DNA of 64,000 nt from Tubulanus polymorphus (GCF_964204645.1 NC_134027.1:27738560-27802559), one strand, 5' to 3'. Positions 50,201 through 62,800 are shown, counted from the first letter of the stretch. Notes: a model not told the origin generated them from the sequence alone. Numbers and translations are program-made.

Positions 50201-52118
50201 GCGTAATAGAAACGCTTGAATAAATTTGTAACTAGTATTTAATAACGAGTGGTCGCGGTGTTTATAGTTAGACGAGTGATTTACAGCTGCACCAGTATTG
50301 AGGTGATTCTAATTAAATCACCACCGATCACCTATCCATCATTGTTAACTGTACACAAAACACGATCAGTAGCGGTCAGATTCAAACAGGAAATTATCGC
50401 TGCAACACAAACCTGTATTAACTATCATTAAAATTAATCATTCAATATCAATATTATATTAGATACTACGTGTAAACCGTGTAGCAGCAGCAGCCACGTA
50501 GTTTGTATAAAACTAATAAACCTTAGTCTCTCTCTCTCTCTCCTTCCACTCACCCCCTGCTACTCTCCGTACCACCAACTCACCACAACTCATACCTTTG
50601 TGAAAAGATTTTTTGTGACACTATGAAATACATAAGATCCAACTGGGATATCACTGACTTGAGCAGAGTTTATACTGTACTTTCTACTCACCCTCCAGAC
50701 TCTCACCTTCAGACTCACACCTCCAGACTCTCACCTCCAGACTCTCACCTCCAGACTCTCACCTCCAGACTCACACCTCCAGACTCTCACCTCCAGACTC
50801 TCACCTCCAGACTCTCACCTCCAGGCCTCCACCTCCAGACTGCCACCTCCAGACTCTCACCTCCAGACTGCCACCTCCAGACTCTCACCTCCAGGCCTCC
50901 ACCTCCAGACTCCCACCTCCAGACTGCCACCTCCAGACTGCCACCTCCAGACTGCCACCTCCAGACTGCCACCTCCAGACTGCCACCTCCAGACTCTCAC
51001 CTCCAGACTGCCACCTCCAGACTCTCACCTCCAGACTCTCACCTCCAGACTGCCACCTCCAGACTCTCACCTCCAGACTCTCACCTCCAGACTGCCACCT
51101 CCAGACTCTCACCTCCAGACTGCCACCTCCAGACTCTCACCTCCAGACTCTCACCTCCAGACTGCCACCTCCAGACTGCCACCTCCAGACTGCCACCTCC
51201 AGACTGCCACCTCCAGACTCTCACCTCCAGACTCTCACCTCCAGACTGCCACCTCCAGACTCTCACCTCCAGACTGCCACCTCCAGACTCTCACCTCCAG
51301 ACTCTCACCTCCAGACTGCCACCTCCAGACTCTCACCTCCAGACTCTCACCTCCAGACTGCCACCTCCAGACTCTCACCTCCAGACTGCCACCTCCAGAC
51401 TGCCACCTCCAGACTGCCACCTCCAGACTGCCACCTCCAGACTCTCACCTCCAGACTCTCACCTCCAGACTGCCACCTCCAGACTCTCACCTCCAGACTG
51501 CCACCTCCAGACTCTCACCTCCAGACTCTCACCTCCAGACTGCCACCTCCAGACTCTCACCTCCAGACTCTCACCTCCAGACTGCCACCTCCAGACTCTC
51601 ACCTCCAGACTCTCACCTCCAGACTGCCACCTCCAGACTCTCACCTCCAGACTGCCACCTCCAGACTCTCACCTCCAGACTCTCACCTCCAGACTGCCAC
51701 CTCCAGACTCGCCTCCAGGCCCCCACCTCCTAACTCCCACCCCACCTCCTAACTCCCACCCCACCTCCTAACTCCCACCCCACCTCCTTACTCCCACCCC
51801 ACCTCCTAACTCCCACCCCACCTCCAGGCTTCTACCCCACCTCCAGGCTTCCACCCTGACCTCTATTTATTATTATATTTTTGCTTTGTATACAGTGTAA
51901 AGAACCCGGTTCGAGTTCAGAAACTGGAAAAAAACGTAAAGACAGCAAAAAAGGAAAAGAAATGTTTGGATTCGGGTAAAATATATCTATTATTATCTCT
52001 ATTTCAATCTGTGGACTGCATGCACAATACAATGAAATTCATTTATACTTTCAGGGTGCCGACAACATCGAGAGTAAAATCAGAATCTGATATGAATAAA
52101 AAAAGCTTCTTTATTTAG
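36373..52118 (+). CDS. Sowah: Sosondowah ankyrin-repeat protein; multi-exon with microexons
   Basis: Sowah-type N-terminus MTELTLESVREFLVSNDGKVKNKDMVKHFKQIL..|AENRQKFKEFINELASV. Then LEPLDHKFMIAAA...NPKLVSQQ (38866-38967), TPLHWACKHG...NVNVKS (42316-42405), GYTPLHLAAQG...GAY (46038-46110) and KADVSIRDYSGKKAKHYL (from 46621). Terminal exons at 49585-49760, ~51896-51975 and ~52054-52118. Adjacent to Irx, as expected for Sowah. Confidence 0.9.
39775..40045. repeat. G-rich minisatellite with a CACGTG in each unit
   Basis: Unit ~GTGTGTTTATAGGGGGAGG...GGTTGTACACGTGGTGT, about 4 copies. Confidence 0.85.
40641..40652 (+). CDS. Sowah: Sowah 12-nt microexon (Asp-Leu-Thr-Ser)
   Basis: aaag|GACTTGACTTCT|gtaagt, phase 0; fits the D-x-x-S segment that precedes the first ankyrin TxLHW. 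Confidence 0.85.
40975..41515. repeat. ~20-bp minisatellite (TCTCACAGACTGACCACTGG)
   Basis: Direct reading; ends ~55 bp upstream of the Ala microexon. Confidence 0.9.
41573..41575 (+). CDS. Sowah: Sowah 3-nt microexon (Ala)
   Basis: ccag|GCT|gtaagt; occupies the position that is usually Gly in SG[YF]T. Confidence 0.65.
42173..42175 (+). CDS. Sowah: Sowah 3-nt microexon (Tyr)
   Basis: ttgcattaatag|TAT|gtaagt; supplies the aromatic residue before TPLHW. Confidence 0.75.
43655..43657 (+). CDS. Sowah: Sowah 3-nt microexon (His)
   Basis: acag|CAT|gtaagt with an upstream pyrimidine tract; supplies the H of SHGGYTPLH. Confidence 0.8.
43717..43967. repeat. Polypyrimidine (CT/CCCT)n tract
   Basis: Direct reading. 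Confidence 0.95.
44452..44454 (+). CDS. Sowah: Sowah 3-nt microexon (Gly)
   Basis: ttag|GGG|gtaagt; supplies the first G of SHGGYTPLH. Confidence 0.8.
45115..45615. repeat. 20-bp minisatellite (GGTGTAGAGCGGTACACGCC) with a short inverted unit at its left end
   Basis: Direct reading; GTGTACCGCTCTACACCGGTGTAGAGCGGTACAC is a palindrome at ~45133-45166. Confidence 0.9.
46180..46575. repeat. Tandem amplification of the CAGTTCCACAGT terminus of a dispersed GGATCCAGTTCCACAGTT element family (also ~16922-17040, 18430, 27170-27310, 34425-34490)
   Basis: The same motif occurs in direct and inverted orientation at several loci. Confidence 0.7.
48733..48767 (-). ncRNA. Partial hammerhead core (relic)
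   Basis: Minus strand TATTC-CTGAAGA-T-GACT-(10 nt)-AGTC-GAAA, with the same 5' start as the 16375 copy; stem III and the 3' strand of stem I are disrupted. Confidence 0.45.
48928..49337. repeat. GC-rich ~20-bp minisatellite (GGGCAGGGCGGGATGAGGCC)
   Basis: Direct reading; high G-quadruplex potential. Confidence 0.95.
50692..51712. repeat. 14-bp minisatellite with two interspersed variants (CCAGACTCTCACCT / CCAGACTGCCACCT)
   Basis: About 70 units; produces the spurious 382-aa ORF. Confidence 0.97.
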
Positions 52119-53909
52119 AATCTATCTATAGGCTATATAGTGTATCTATCTATATACATTGTATTATGTATTATCTGCCTATTGTATTGAATTATATTGT
52201 ATTTGAATTTTATTTAGTTTTATGTCAAACATATTTAAAACTGTACCAATAATTAACTGAACTAGGTTCTAGTACGCATAGAACACGTGTTTAAATGTTC
52301 TCAGTAAAATATGTTACATTATTTATACGTTTATCTGAATTCTGAAGCATCAAAAACTTTCTCCTAATTCTATTCTATAATCGACATATGTTTTCGTGAT
52401 TTATACAAATTGTACAGATTTTCCTACATCTGTTGGTGGCTTCATTGTTTCCGAAACAAAACACATCAAACTAATAAAAATTTATCATCATCAGAACTGA
52501 TTTTTTTCTGGAATAATAGCGTTGTTTATAGTAGATCGTTTTTTTTTTTTGAATAACAAATCCGTTTTCTGATTTTGTATTTATTCTGACAATAAATATC
52601 TCTCATCTAAATATCTACGAGTTTTTGTGTCATCGGTTCTAGCCCTGGTAAGCGAGGTGGACAATCATTCGAGCGTTGAATAATCGAAAGCTACTGCTGC
52701 AGGCGAGGATTGTTAACACCGAAGTTGATAAGATTTAAATGCGGACAATAACCCGTAATCGAGACCGATTTAACGAAGATTTTCCCGTGAATTAATGATT
52801 ATTTTAGATGAAGTAAATGTAAACATGCGATGATAATGATGTAAGAACAGAGTGTAATCGTCGCGTGTCGGTTTCACTTCATCGATCAAGCAACAAAAAC
52901 CTCCTCGATCTGAGATCAGACTCAACAGTGAAATTAACCAATCAGTTTTTATTGTTTATCGTAAAGAAGTGACCGTATACAACAGGGTTCCTGGGTGTAA
53001 GTGTGATCGGGTACCCGAGGGCTCCTGGAGAGGCGGGTGGCTCCAATGAATTAAGGACCTCCTGGGTATATAGGCGAGTGGCTCCCATGAGTCGAGGACC
53101 TCCTGGGTAGGCGGGTTGCTCCGTTGAGTCATGAATATCCTGAGTATGCGGGTGGTTCCCAGTCAAGGCCTGCTGGTTAGACGACGGGAGGACGGCTCCT
53201 ATAAGTTGAGGGCCTGCTGGGTAGGTGGTGTGTCGGTAGAGCCGGGCTGATACAACCAGTTGATGCTCGCGTCAAGCTTTCCGTAAGCGGTTAAACTAAC
53301 TGAAATTGAAGGTCACAGCTGACGGCCAATATGACGTCACAGTATGATCGCGTGCAGTAAAACTATTCAATATTGGACACAAAATTGATTCCTAAAACAG
53401 AAACTGACAGAAATTTGACTGTTTCCGGTTGGTTATTTGTTTATAACCGGAAGTGAACGGACAGAGAGAAGTTGATGTATTTCCGGTGGGTACAGTAGCT
53501 ACACGAGATAGCCATCAATCAGAGACCAGAGACAAACACGAGATCAACCGGGCATCAATCAGCGATCAGAGACAAACACGAGATCAACCGGGCATCAATC
53601 AGTTTTCCATCTCTCTATCTTTACAGCGTGTCACGCTATTGTGTGTTAGCACGTGACCAGGAAATGACCAATCATAGGGTTAACTAGGTGTGCTTCATTC
53701 CCTCACTTCCCCTCACTTCCCCTCACCCCGACCATTTCAATCATTTATTTATCATTTATAAAACAAATAAAACTATCACGATATACCTGTCAAACCTCGC
53801 AAACCAGGGTCTACTTCAAGAAGCAGTCATCACTTTGTATCGGACAGAGTATAATACGAATACATTATACAGACAACAACAAGTCCAACGGAGATTCAAA
53901 CTCATCACG

Positions 53910-54265
53910 CCCAGTCTAAACTCATTACTGGTTCTATAACCAATCTTACAACTTAAGACCAGTCTAAACTCATTACTGGTTCTATAACCAATCTAACATC
54001 TTAAGACCAGTCTAAACTCATTACTGGTTCTATAACCATTCTAACAATTTGAGACCAGTCTAAACTCATTTTGGTTCTATAACCAATCTAACAACTTGAG
54101 ACCAGTCTAAGCTCATTACTGGTTCTATAAACAATCTAACAACTTAAGACCAGTCTAAACCCATTTTGGTTCTATAACCAATCTAACAACTTAAGACCAG
54201 TCTAAACTCATTTAGGTTCTTAAACACAATTTGAGACCAGTCTAAACTCATTTTGCTTCTATGGT
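53910..54265. repeat. ~47-bp minisatellite related to the interior of the 17518 MITE
   Basis: Unit GACCAGTCTAAACTCATTACTGGTTCTATAACCAATCTAACAACTTAA; its reverse complement matches AAGACTGGTCTCAAGTTGTTAGATTGGCTATAGAAC in the MITE. Confidence 0.8.
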
Positions 54266-54705
54266 AAATCTAAAATATCTAAGATAAATTTTGGACTGAG
54301 TCACGCCTGGTGAAACTGGTTTATGCCGCTGCTGCCGCTGCTGCTGCTGCAGCTGCCGCTACCGCTGCTGCTGCGACATGTTGTGCGTGTGTCGATGTAC
54401 CTTTCAGTGAAAGTGGAATGTGAGGAGACCTGGGGCTGAATAATGAAAGACGTTTATTCAGTTGCAGCGTAAATGAAAATGAAACAGCGATAAGTGATCT
54501 TTCCAGTTGACTGAACACGACACAGACGACAGTTTTATTGACAGCTCATTCAAATGAGTTAACCGTTAACGGTTGTTTTCTGTTTGAATTACAAATGTTT
54601 CGCGATGTATCCCACTGGCTTTAACAACACGATACGCGTTGAATAAAAATTCAATTTATAATCCGAGCAAAAACAGAAATACCACAAACCGCCATAGACC
54701 ACTTC

Positions 54706-54772
<67 letters not shown>

Positions 54773-55926
54773 TCAACCATATGGTTACAAAACAATAAAA
54801 TCACGGATTCGAACCCGAACTTGAGAACACTCGTCACAAACTCTTCAAATTCAATATAATAATATAAGTGATAGTTGAGTTTTATTCGCTGTGTATTTGA
54901 GTTCTATAGGTAGGAGTAAAAGGCTGCACTTCATAAAACAATATCTAAAATAAACTATGTTTATAAAGGGTTAGGGTAATGTCATAGGTCCGCCTCAGCA
55001 ACCATACTTCACTGGCTTCTGTTAAACATAATGTTTACAATTCAAACTCGTGTTTCATAAATTCATTGTTTGAAATTATAGAGATGAGATTTGTATATGA
55101 AATATAAAACCAGGCGGCGCGGTGTAGGCCACGACTCGGAGCCGTCCGCGGTGAGTACCATTAAACAATAGATAATTGCAAATATTCGATACAAAAAAAA
55201 TCTGCGCATCTCAAAAAAAGACAATGGACATCATGCCTGACAACCAGTGCAATAGTGATCAAATAGCTACTCCAGTATCTACTCCAGTGTAGCTACTCCG
55301 GGACCTATAACAACAACGATATCCTCAATGAGTATCATTTTACTATTTATAAACCAACATCTGACTCGCACACGGTGTCGCGCACACGGTGTCGCGCACA
55401 CGGTGCCGCGTAGACAGGGAAAAAGCAATGTTCTTTATTTCCATTTCCATGGGCCTTTGACTTTGACAGAGAAGCGATTAAGGTTTGTTTCGAAAGGTTC
55501 GGGGTATAAATGTTTTTTTGTATCTTGTATTATGGTGACTTAAATAACTTAAAGAAATGTCTGAAGATGTCTGGCAATTCATTGTTAACATATTGTTAGT
55601 TGAATTGAGAGATTTGGAGATAATTTATATCATTCAATTTCAAAATGTTTGCATCTTTAAATAAGGGTTAAGTAGGGGCAACATAGTCAGTTTTATGAGT
55701 TACACGCACTGTTTTCTTTTGTAAGATTTCTAAACGTTTTAAGGTGGATTGGTGAAGAACCCCGAACGATATTACAATAACTAAGGTGACAGTAAATGAA
55801 AGAGTTATACAATTTAAGAAGGGTTGTTTTGGTCAACAATTGATTTAATTCGCCAATGATGTCAATTTTATGTGTTTTTAAGAAACGATATTGATGAGTT
55901 CGGTGAGGTCGTCACTGCGAAGTGAA

Positions 55927-57018
55927 TCACGTCAAATAATTGATCAGTAAAACTTGTCTAGCTTTTTTTCTAAATGTTTCATTCGTCGCGCAATAAATAA
56001 AGAAATTTGCGGATGAGTCAAAAACACTGAGCAGAATTCCTACTTTACGCATGACCATTTGTTCATCTCCAGATAAACTAAAACTTATTCCAAACCTAGC
56101 ACGGAAGAAATTTAACAATCGATCTAAAGATGCCGGTATTTCAAATACAAAATACATCAATACAATTATTAGAACCATTTTTAATATTTTCAATTCAGCG
56201 GATGTATTTTGAGTTTTCTCACTGGTCGCCGCTGTGTCCGTGTGAAGTTGTTTCTCTTGAGTCCGTTTTCTAAATATCATGACTCCAAACAAAGTTATAT
56301 TTAACGCTATCAAGACACTAAAAGGTACAATTACAGTCATGAATATGTAGGTATTAAAAGTGAAGTAGTACGCGTAATTAGGATGATAATGAAACACGGT
56401 TTTCGATGTTTTAGCTCCAAAAGCTCCCATTGTGAATAATCCCTCTGTACAACGATCTGTTGCCCTTCCGGGTAAATAAAGTGGAAAATAATATGGCCAG
56501 TTACAAACTGCAGCGAAGAAAGCATTGAAAATCGAAAGAGAAATAATTTGTTTTTTGTTCCAGAATCGTCTAAAATACAGCGGACTCGCGACAACCAGAA
56601 GTCTTTCAAAATTTACAATCACAACGGTCCAATTTCTGGCAGTTTGGAATGTAAAGTATAATGGCAGCGCCCATATTATAATTTCGTGTCCAAAAAACCA
56701 GTCGTCATAACGCCCGAGAATATCGGTGGTTTTGCTTACCTCGATGACAATAATACGAAACGGATAAAGTATAAACACTGAAACAAGAAACAGTAAATCA
56801 AACCAGGCAAGAATTATAATAGTTCGATAAGTGGAACGACCGATCCTTCTGAATATAACAATAGAAACACAGTTTAGCATCATTCCTAGAATTGAAGCTG
56901 TTGAATATCCGTATTGGTAAATGTTGTAACTAAATAAATGATCCCATCGTTCCGGTGGGGGAACACATTGAGGGGACTCAGTCGTGGTGGTGGATGTGAG
57001 TTGAGACGTAAAATTCAT
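55927..57018 (-). CDS. Intronless class A (rhodopsin-like) GPCR, FMRFamide/sex-peptide-receptor-like orphan group, ~363 aa
   Basis: Seven hydrophobic segments with ILGMMLNCVSIVIF, LAWFDLLFL, QTARNWTVVIVNFERLLVV (DRY-equivalent), FEIPASL and DSSANFFIYC. Likely ATG at 57018 (MNFTSQ); the longer ORF start is a CAG-repeat artefact. Confidence 0.9.
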   Translation of the reverse strand: MNFTSQLTSTTTTESPQCVPPPERWDHLFSYNIYQYGYSTASILGMMLNCVSIVIFRRIGRSTYRTIIILAWFDLLFLVSVFILYPFRIIVIEVSKTTDILGRYDDWFFGHEIIIWALPLYFTFQTARNWTVVIVNFERLLVVASPLYFRRFWNKKQIISLSIFNAFFAAVCNWPYYFPLYLPGRATDRCTEGLFTMGAFGAKTSKTVFHYHPNYAYYFTFNTYIFMTVIVPFSVLIALNITLFGVMIFRKRTQEKQLHTDTAATSEKTQNTSAELKILKMVLIIVLMYFVFEIPASLDRLLNFFRARFGISFSLSGDEQMVMRKVGILLSVFDSSANFFIYCATNETFRKKARQVLLINYLT

Positions 57019-57639
57019 ATTTAAACTGCAGTAGCAGCAGCAGCAGCGGCGGCGGCGGCGGCGGTGGCGGCAGCAGCAGCAGCAGCAGCAACAGCAGCAG
57101 TAGCAGCAGCGCGGCAGTAGCAGCAGTAGCAGTAGCAGCAACAGCAGCAGCAACAGCAGCAGCAATCAGCTTCCAGTGAAATAACAAGAGATACTTCAGA
57201 TCGCGTTCAACTCTCTTCAATGGTACAATAACACATGTGATACTGCTAGCCTGCTATTATCTATCTACATGTGGTAACACCCATCTACACTGTGCAGGAA
57301 ATTGTCATGCAAGAAACTTTCTGAAATACTTTTTATTCACTAGTCTCCAATAGAATAGATTTGTATATTCGAAAAATAGTAGAATTCAGTATATTTGAGT
57401 CAAGCTATATCAGTGAACTAGTGGAGGTTTCAGGTGACTAGACATTGGAAGCAAATAATAATAAGGTCTCCGTAATGAGTGACTGATGGTGACTGGTGAC
57501 GAGTCAGGTGTGGCGACTGTTGACCAGTCAGGTGTGGTGACTGTTGACTAGTCAAGTGTGGTGACTGTTGACCAGTCAGGTGTGGTGACTGTTGACTAGT
57601 CAGGTGTCCGTCAGGATACCTACGACTTGGGGACGTGAC

Positions 57640-58268
57640 ATCCTCACAACGATAGAACCTCATCCTCACAACAATAGAACCTCATCCTCGCAACAATAGA
57701 ACCTCATCCTCACAACAATAGAACCTCATCCTTACAACAATAGAACCTCATCCTTACAACAATAGTACCTCATCCTAACAACGATAGAACCTCATCCTCA
57801 CAACAATAGAACCTCATCCTCACAACAATAGAACCTCATCCTCACAACAATAGAACCTCATCCTCACAACAATAGAACCTCATCCTTACAACAATAGAAC
57901 CTCATCCTCACAACAATAGAACCTCATCCTCACAACAATAGAACCTCATCCTCACAACAATAGTACCTCATCCTCACAACAATAGAACCTCATCCTCACA
58001 ACAATAGAACCTCATCCTTACAACAATAGAACCTCATCCTCGCAACAATAGAACCTCATCCTTACAACAATAGAACCTCATCCTCACAACAATAGAACCT
58101 CATCCTCACAACAATAGAACCTCATCCTCGCAACAATAGAACCTCATCCTCACAACAATAGAACCTCATCCTCACAACAATAGAACCTCATCCTTACAAC
58201 AATAGAACCTCATCCTCACAACAATAGAACCTCATCCTCGCAACAATAGAACCTCATCCTCACAACAA
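57640..58268. repeat. 22-bp minisatellite (CATCCTCACAACAATAGAACCT)
   Basis: About 28 near-identical copies. Confidence 0.97.
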
Positions 58269-58407
58269 ATCACAACTTGTGTATATTATTAATAATTATC
58301 TATTGAAACATAATTTTATTTTCGATTTAATTTTACACAATTAATCAATAATTGTATACATTTAATTGATCATACATACACACGTACACGATATGATGGC
58401 AAGTATT

Positions 58408-58518
58408 TCCGAACCTCGCTTACCGAGGTATGACTCTGAACCTCGCTTACCGAGGTATGACTCTGAACCTCGCTTACCGAGGTATGACTCCGAACCTCGC
58501 TTACCGAGGTATGACTCA
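58408..58518. repeat. 27-bp tandem repeat (GAACCTCGCTTACCGAGGTATGACTCY), 4 copies; solo relative at ~60814
   Basis: Direct reading. Confidence 0.9.
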
Positions 58519-58634
58519 TAGAGAGCACAGTTTTTATAATCCCGCATCACGTGATCGACCGCTAACTTTTGTCATCGGCTACAAAAATGCAATAAACATT
58601 TCAAATTTCGAGTTATTTTTAATCAGATTTAACA

Positions 58635-59786
58635 TCAGATACTAATAATCAATATTATATTAATCCCGGTTGAGAAACGCTTACGTTTATCTATTGACGT
58701 TGATGACGTTGATGATGATGACGTAATAGCAGTAAACGGTAAATGACTGCCAGAGGTGACTACTGTAATAAAAAACAAACAACAAGATGAATGGTCGATG
58801 ACGTCATACGCCGACGTTGTGGTGGTACTCGACACGTGAAGAGAGATTTGATTAACATTGTTGAGTTGATTACCAACAATACAAACTATAACATTCAATA
58901 GACTACGTTGACACAATAGTTCACATCTCGAGACCAAACGTAACAAATACGCGTTATTAATGAACGTCTAATTGAGTGTGTGTACTTAACCACTAGGGGG
59001 AGCTATGTGTATTTAACCAATAGAGGGAGCTTTGTGTAAACACTACTCGTGTTCGTATTCACTAAGGGTAGCTATGTATGAGTGTATATTTACACCACTA
59101 GGGGGAGCTATGTGTATTTAACCAATAGAGGGAGCTGTGTGTACTTAACCACTCATGTTCGTATTCACTAAGGGTAGCTGATGTATGAGTGTGTATTTAC
59201 ACCACTAGGGGGAGCTATGTATGAGTGTGTATTTACACCACTAGGGGGAGTTTACTAACCTGTAAGTTGTGATGTATGATGACGAGTAGGAATGATGGCT
59301 GTAGCCGCTGGCGCCCCCTGGTGATGCGGTATTGTAGTTAGTTTATACGGATGATGATGATGCTGATGATGAATGTCTGTGAAATGTTTACTGAATGCTG
59401 CAGCTGATACGGGGTAAGGTATAGTCCATCCGGTGCATCTTACAGCAGCTGCAGCGGCAGCAGCAGATGCCGATATTAAATGATGGTTATATTGTCCGAA
59501 TGCCGTATGCATTGTAGGAGTCGGTTTTCTCAGGTAAACCGGAGGAGGACTCCTCCGACTCGGAGGAGGACTATCCGATGTCGCGGTGTGCGCTAAAGAC
59601 CAGATTTTAGGTTTAACTACATTTTCAACGGCGGCGGGTTTCGACGGTACTCCGGCTGATCGCGAAGTAATACATTTCATAGTCGGTTCCGGCGAACTTC
59701 TGGGGGAACTATTTTCGAGTGAATTCGGAGATGAAGGTGACGATATTCCCCCGTGATTGTTCGCTGAATCTGTCAATAAAATAAAC

Positions 59787-59833
<47 letters not shown>

Positions 59834-62800
59834 CCGATATCAACAAGAATTATTAAAATATCAATAATACACTTATATCAATAAATACAAATTATGTAAT
59901 AATTTTAGTTTTTTTTTGCGTTTGAAAATGAATTATTATCGGCAACTTATTATTTATCTTCATCACCTAAGTCATACATATTTCTATGGTGGAATGATAA
60001 TGAAATATATATACGTATTAGAGGAAGAATATTTTAAAATCCTATCAAGATTGATGAACAAAATATGTTTTAAGAGTGTTAAATTCACAATGAATAATTT
60101 TAACCCCCTCTCTCCCCCTCTCTCAAATATTTATCAAAAATTCCGATTATCGGTTTCAACTAAAACCACCATGAAGAGATTAGAATTCAAAAACGTGTCG
60201 TAAAATCTAAAATCTGAAAAGCGGAAAGTTCGGAATTTTAAAAACTTATTTATCGATGTTTCAGTTTCTTTAGTTTTGATGACAATTAGTTTTCATTTTG
60301 CAAAACTCCACGAATTTGTAACTGTTTAAAGTAAGTCTGAATCCGGAAGAAATAAATGAACGTAAGAAATGGTTGAAGAAATCGATGATGTTGATGAGGT
60401 ATTTTAGAGAGAGACAGATCCCGGCGTCAGTAGGATATGGTTGAACAGAGACTGGTGTCCGGTGATTGACAGTTTACAGTTGGACGGGTTCAGCTATGCA
60501 TGTATGTTTGTGCGGGTAATTATGTAAGAACGCTTGATCCTAACACATTTCTCGACTAAACTAAATAGTTAGTTTAAATAGTTAGTTTAACTAATTGTTT
60601 AACAGTTGTTAACGATGTTACCGTGTAATCCATCTTGTAACATTGTAACAACTGTATATAAACCTCTCCCTCTCAGAGCGCAGACACGCCGCGGCTGGAC
60701 AGGTGCGAACAAACCCGAGCTACAAATTACCTGGTAATTTGTTTTTTGAGTTCAGACTGTTGAAAAAACTGTTTCAAATATATTACATCAGTTCCTATAC
60801 AAGCGGGTATCATCCTCGCTTACCGGGGTATGGTTGGTAGCTAGCCCTGGCAGGCAAGGTGCGCTGGAAAGAATGTATTAAGCTGGTGCCTACCTGAACT
60901 CGGGGGTACTGTTCCGCTATCCCTTCTATCCGATACCAGACACTCTCCCTCCTCCTCCTCTCCATCGCTTCCAACTTTTATCTCCTCGTCATCATCATCG
61001 TCGTCGTCATCGCAACGGTTGCGTGGCGACCATGTCATTTTATTCTCTTTTTTGAGTCGTCTGCGCGCGTTAGCGAACCAGGTCGACACTTGAGTTAGCG
61101 TCATTTTAGTAATTATTGCTAACATGATTTTTTCTCCTTTGGTCGGGTAGGGATTTTTGATATGTTCCTGTAACCAGGCTTTCAGTGTACTCGTACTTTC
61201 TCGTGTGGCATTCTTCCGTCGCGATCCGTTCAAATCCATTCCGTTATATCTGCAAACATACAAATATATCCATTGATTTATCTTCTATATCATTATTGTA
61301 TATTTCGATACTTGATGTATTTTAAAATTGATGTATTAGTGAAACGCGGATAGTTGTTTATAGTTTAACTATAGATTTATTTTTGTTACTAATAATTTAG
61401 AGAAAGTTCATCAAGTAAATAAGTGAATTAGGTAGATTTCTATATGTTGAAGATTAGCGACGTTTTATGAAGTGATTATTAATATTTTTTTACAATAGTC
61501 AAATCGGTTTGTATTCTCTGATATATACACTTGAATGCACGTGCGCCACTCCACTCGTCGTCTCTATTCGAACTGTTGTGTATAAATAAGTGTCGTTTCT
61601 AGTTCAAAAAGCAATTTAACAAAAATTCATTCGGCTTCGAGTTATCAGCGAGCACAATGATTTTCCGTGATAAAAAACGGGTTTTAGAGCGGGTGAATTC
61701 AAACCTCAGTCGTATTATTATAATACCGGTTCATTTTTTTCTAAATACAAATTACACGAATTACAACACCAGCCCCAGTAGGTATAAAAACCGTGTTATA
61801 GATGGCGCTTTAAAACTGAATGAAAATTCCAACATGTCGGCGACAATAGTTTAAAGTGTCACTCGACACACACAGCGAAAGAGCTCTATTCACTAATGGT
61901 TGTTCATTTCACTGCCCAACAAGCACTCTTTATATATTACTGTATACAATCTGCCTCCTAATCTTAGTGCTCACACCCAATTACTGCACCTGCGATCCCG
62001 ACACTGGCGCCCCCTATTACTCACCCCGGATAAGGATATGCGGCCGCCATTGCGGCGGAAGTGTCGTACGGATAACAGGCGACCGGTTGATAGATATTTC
62101 TCCAAGCAGATTCACCTCCATCTTTAAACGTGGCAGCGGCCGCCGCGTAACCAGAACTCTGAAACATACAGAGAATACAGAATATACAGAATACAGACAG
62201 AATACAGACAGAATATAGAATATACACAATACAGAATACAGACAGAATACAGAATACAGAATATACACAATACAGAATACAGCATACAGAATATACACAA
62301 TATACACAATACAGACAAAATACAGAATACAGACAGAATACAGAATAAAGAGAGAATACAGAATATAGAATACAGACAGAATACAGAATACAGATATTTC
62401 ACTACCAAATCTCTGGTACAGATAAACGGAGAAACGTTTAAAAATTTGCAATATTTGTTTAAATGTAAATAAAGTATTCTGCAGAATGTTACGTAATATT
62501 GATTTCAAAAAACTAAAATTTGAAAGGAAAAAGCCAAAATTGGTCGATAGAGGGCACTCCTATCACCAGCGCCATCTATAAATCTATACACAAGTGCTGG
62601 TACGGCGCTGACGGGATCTCTCAGAATCTGCTAACGTCGCGACTTGAATAAAAACCGTTTCAATCAAAATACAAAAATCACAAATTCGGGATTTCTCTGT
62701 ATTTCGACTTCCGGTTGAATAGCATTGTTAAACAGGGCATAAAGCGGAATTCAGGGTTGCCATGGTGGCCGTTACATGCTTGTAATTGCAAATTTGATCA

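Noticed and set aside
50623-51771. 382-aa ORF
   Set aside because: Translation of a stop-free 14-bp minisatellite inside a Sowah intron.
57019-57165. Poly-Leu/Cys/Arg N-terminal extension of the GPCR ORF
   Set aside because: Triplet-repeat read-through from a TTG; the ATG at 57018 is the plausible start.
58362-58550. ORF resembling a neuropeptide precursor (repeated SESYLGKRG)
   Set aside because: No signal peptide or clear exon context, repeats are near-identical at DNA level, and a non-coding relative occurs at ~60814; most likely a 27-bp minisatellite.
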